Below, piece by piece: positions 61,573 to 64,000 of a stretch of DNA of 64,000 nt. The notes under the pieces are model-generated. The model did no database searches, was not told where the DNA came from, and saw nothing but the letters and a program-made list of their open reading frames with translations. The stretch comes from Hemiscyllium ocellatum (Eukaryota). Every line of letters begins with the position of its first letter. Within the stretch, counting starts at the first letter, position 1. The position numbers and the translations under genes were made by a program. The stretch covers positions 15,161,873 to 15,225,872 of the forward strand of contig NC_083409.1 in assembly GCF_020745735.1 (NCBI RefSeq), read 5' to 3'.

Positions 61573-62039
61573 CTGAAAGACAAGAGAAACAATTTTAATC
61601 CCTGTTATTCGAAGGGATTTTAACTCTCTGAACATTCACTGGCAAGACAATCCATTTGAACATTTGTAGCCAATACCTAACAAACCCCAGTAAAGAACAG
61701 GCATTGTTCAAATTGCTTCTTGGGATGTGAGTGTCACTGCTAGGATCAGCATTCATTGCCCATCCCTAATCACCCAGAGGGCAATTTAGAGTCAACCACA
61801 TCGCTGTGGGTCTGGAGTCACATGGTGAGGATGGCAGTTTCCTTCCCTAAAGGACATCAGGGAATCAGATGTTTTTTTCCTGACAATCAACAATTGTTTC
61901 ATGGTCATCATTAGACTCTTAATTGCAGATTTTAAAAATTGAATTCACATTCCACCATCTGCTGCGGCAGGATTCTAACCCTGGCCCCCAGAACATTAAT
62001 CTGGATCTCTGGATGAACAGCTCAGCAATAGTACCATTA

Positions 62040-63800
62040 AATCATCACCTCCTTTATCTGATTTTTAGTTGCGAGTGAAAGCAAGAAGTTTGTTTCTGAA
62101 CAGGGTGCTTAGGAAAAGTACAACTGAAAGACTCCCAATTCATCCCAAAAAAGATTAGTTCCTTGAAAGTGGAGTTGCAGGTAGGTAGGGGGGTGACGAA
62201 GTCATTTGGCATGCTTTCCTTTATTGGGCAATGCATTGAGTATTGGAGTTGGGAGCTGTTGCACCTGTACAGGACATCAGTTTGGCCCCTTTTGGAATAC
62301 TGTGTGGAATTCTGGCCTTCCTGCTTTAGGAACATTGTTGGGAACATTAAAATGGTTCAGAAAAGATTTCCAAGGATGTTGCCAAGTTGGAGGGTTTGTG
62401 CGATCAGGAGAGGCTGAATAGGCTGAGGCTATTTTCCCTGGATCGCTGGAGGCTGAGGGATGACCATATCGAGGTTTCTAACATCATGAGGGGCATTGAT
62501 CAAATGAAACAAGAAGATATTTTGCTCAGAGTGAAGGATATGGGCCAAATGCTGACAAATGGGACTAGATTAATTTAGTTTATCTGGTCGGCATAGATGA
62601 GTTGGACAGAAGGGTCTGTTTCTGTGCAGTACATCTCTCTGACTCTATGACTCTATGTCTCTGTGGCTGGCATGGATGAGTCAGATCAAAGAGTCTGTTT
62701 CTAATTGTGACTCTAATTGTGTTTCAGTCAAGCCCTCAGCACCTCAGGCTCTCCCAAAACATTTACATTTTGTTTGAAAACCAGTCAATTTTGCAATTTC
62801 AGGAATGGGCAGACAATTTCTACACAGCAAGATCCCACTGGAAGCAATGAGATCAAAGAGCATTCTTCATGATTTTGGTTCAAGGATAAATATTGTCCTG
62901 AACTCAACCCAAAGAGAAAGTAATTTGGTTCAGTTGGATGGAAATTGAGAAAACGGAAGGGAAAGGAGAAGGTAGGATTGTAGTTAGTGATGGGATTGAT
63001 TGTTACCAGAAAATAAAAGGAAGGGACAGGAGTTTTGAATATCAAAGGGATCATAAAAGTGCAGGGAAATCAATAATAGATCAAACTTAAAGACTTTGTG
63101 TCTAAATGCACGAAACATTTCGAGTAAGGGAGAAAAATGATGTCACAAATCCAGGTAAATGTCTTCAAGGCCGAGATTGATAGATTCTTGTTGTCTCGAG
63201 GAATTAAGGGCTGCGGGGAGAACGCTGGTAAGTGGAGTTGAAATGCCCATCAGCCATGAGTGAATGGCGGAGTGGACTCGATGGGCCGAATGGCCTTACT
63301 TCCACTCCTATGTCTTATGGTCTTATGGTCTTATAAATTGAGTTTCCAAGGAATTTAAACTAGTTAAAGTGGAGGAGGGCTCTGGAGAGATTATTCAAGA
63401 TTCTAGAAGATGTAAAAGGACAGAGAGTGTGGAAAGGATCAGGTATCGAACGTAAAGCACAGCAGATAAGAGGACAATGATGGGAAGGAGGGCAGTCAAT
63501 GCAGGACTGAGGGTGTTGTACTTAAATGCACACAATATACACAATGAGCTTGTAGTGCAGATTGAAACTGGCAGGTACGATGTTGTGGGTATCACAGAGA
63601 CATGGCTGTAAGGGGATCCGGGCTGGGAACTAAATATCCAAGGATACATTTCCATCAAAAGGACAGGGAGATGGGCAGGGGGGAAGAGTTGGCTTGTTAG
63701 TAAGAAATGACTTTAAATCAATAGCAAGAAATGATACAGTCAGAAGGTGTAGAATCTGTGTGGGCAGAGTTGAGGAACCCAAGAAATAAAGAATCTGATG
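62040..63800 (+). mobile_element. Cluster of CR1-like fragments (3' ends and APE start) in the presumed J-C intron
   Basis: PLLEYCVEFW (62163-62417); CR1 tail at 63150-63335 of the same family as 48180-48359; LYLNAH..GITETWL at ~63510-63610. Confidence 0.8.
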
Positions 63801-63879
63801 TAAGTTATGTTCAGGTCTCCAAGCAGTAACCAGGGTGTGGGGAAGAAAATCAATCAGGAGACAGAAAAGGGTAAAAACA

Positions 63880-64000
63880 ATGACTGCAGATGCTGGAAAC
63901 CAGATTCTAGATTAGAGTGGTGCTGGATTGGTACAGCAGTTGAGGTAGCATCCGAGGAGCAGGAAAATCAACATTTCAGGTAAAAGCCCTTCATCAGGAA
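63880..64000 (-). mobile_element. Penelope terminal fragment with a degenerate hammerhead, cut by the window edge
   Basis: rc TTCCTGATGAAGGGCTTTTACCTGAAATGTTG. Confidence 0.7.

Overview
This is eukaryotic genomic DNA, very likely from a cartilaginous fish (shark). The inference rests on HE1-type tRNA-derived SINEs with TCTAA tails, abundant CR1/HER1-like LINEs and a shark-type immunoglobulin light-chain constant exon. No complete protein-coding gene lies in the window. Most of it (about 14-56.5 kb, + strand) is a fragmented, partly duplicated and exon-scrambled unprocessed CEP350-like pseudogene: middle and 3' exons only, with stops, frameshifts, a broken CAP-Gly domain and dead splice sites. 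It sits tail-to-tail with an apparently intact kappa-like (type III/NS4-like) Ig light-chain C exon on the - strand (61244-61572). Other elements are: a CpG-rich housekeeping-type promoter at about 4.0-4.5 kb; a deleted class I (epsilon/gamma-like) endogenous retrovirus on the - strand (about 5.5-14 kb); a second ERV 5' remnant (LTR plus tRNA-His PBS, about 49.7-50.8 kb); L1/Tx1 and CR1 LINEs; and a family of Penelope-derived insertions carrying minimal hammerhead-ribozyme motifs, including a near-perfect ~520-bp fold-back. All family and gene assignments come from motif recognition by eye, and percent identities are rough by-eye estimates; no database search was run.
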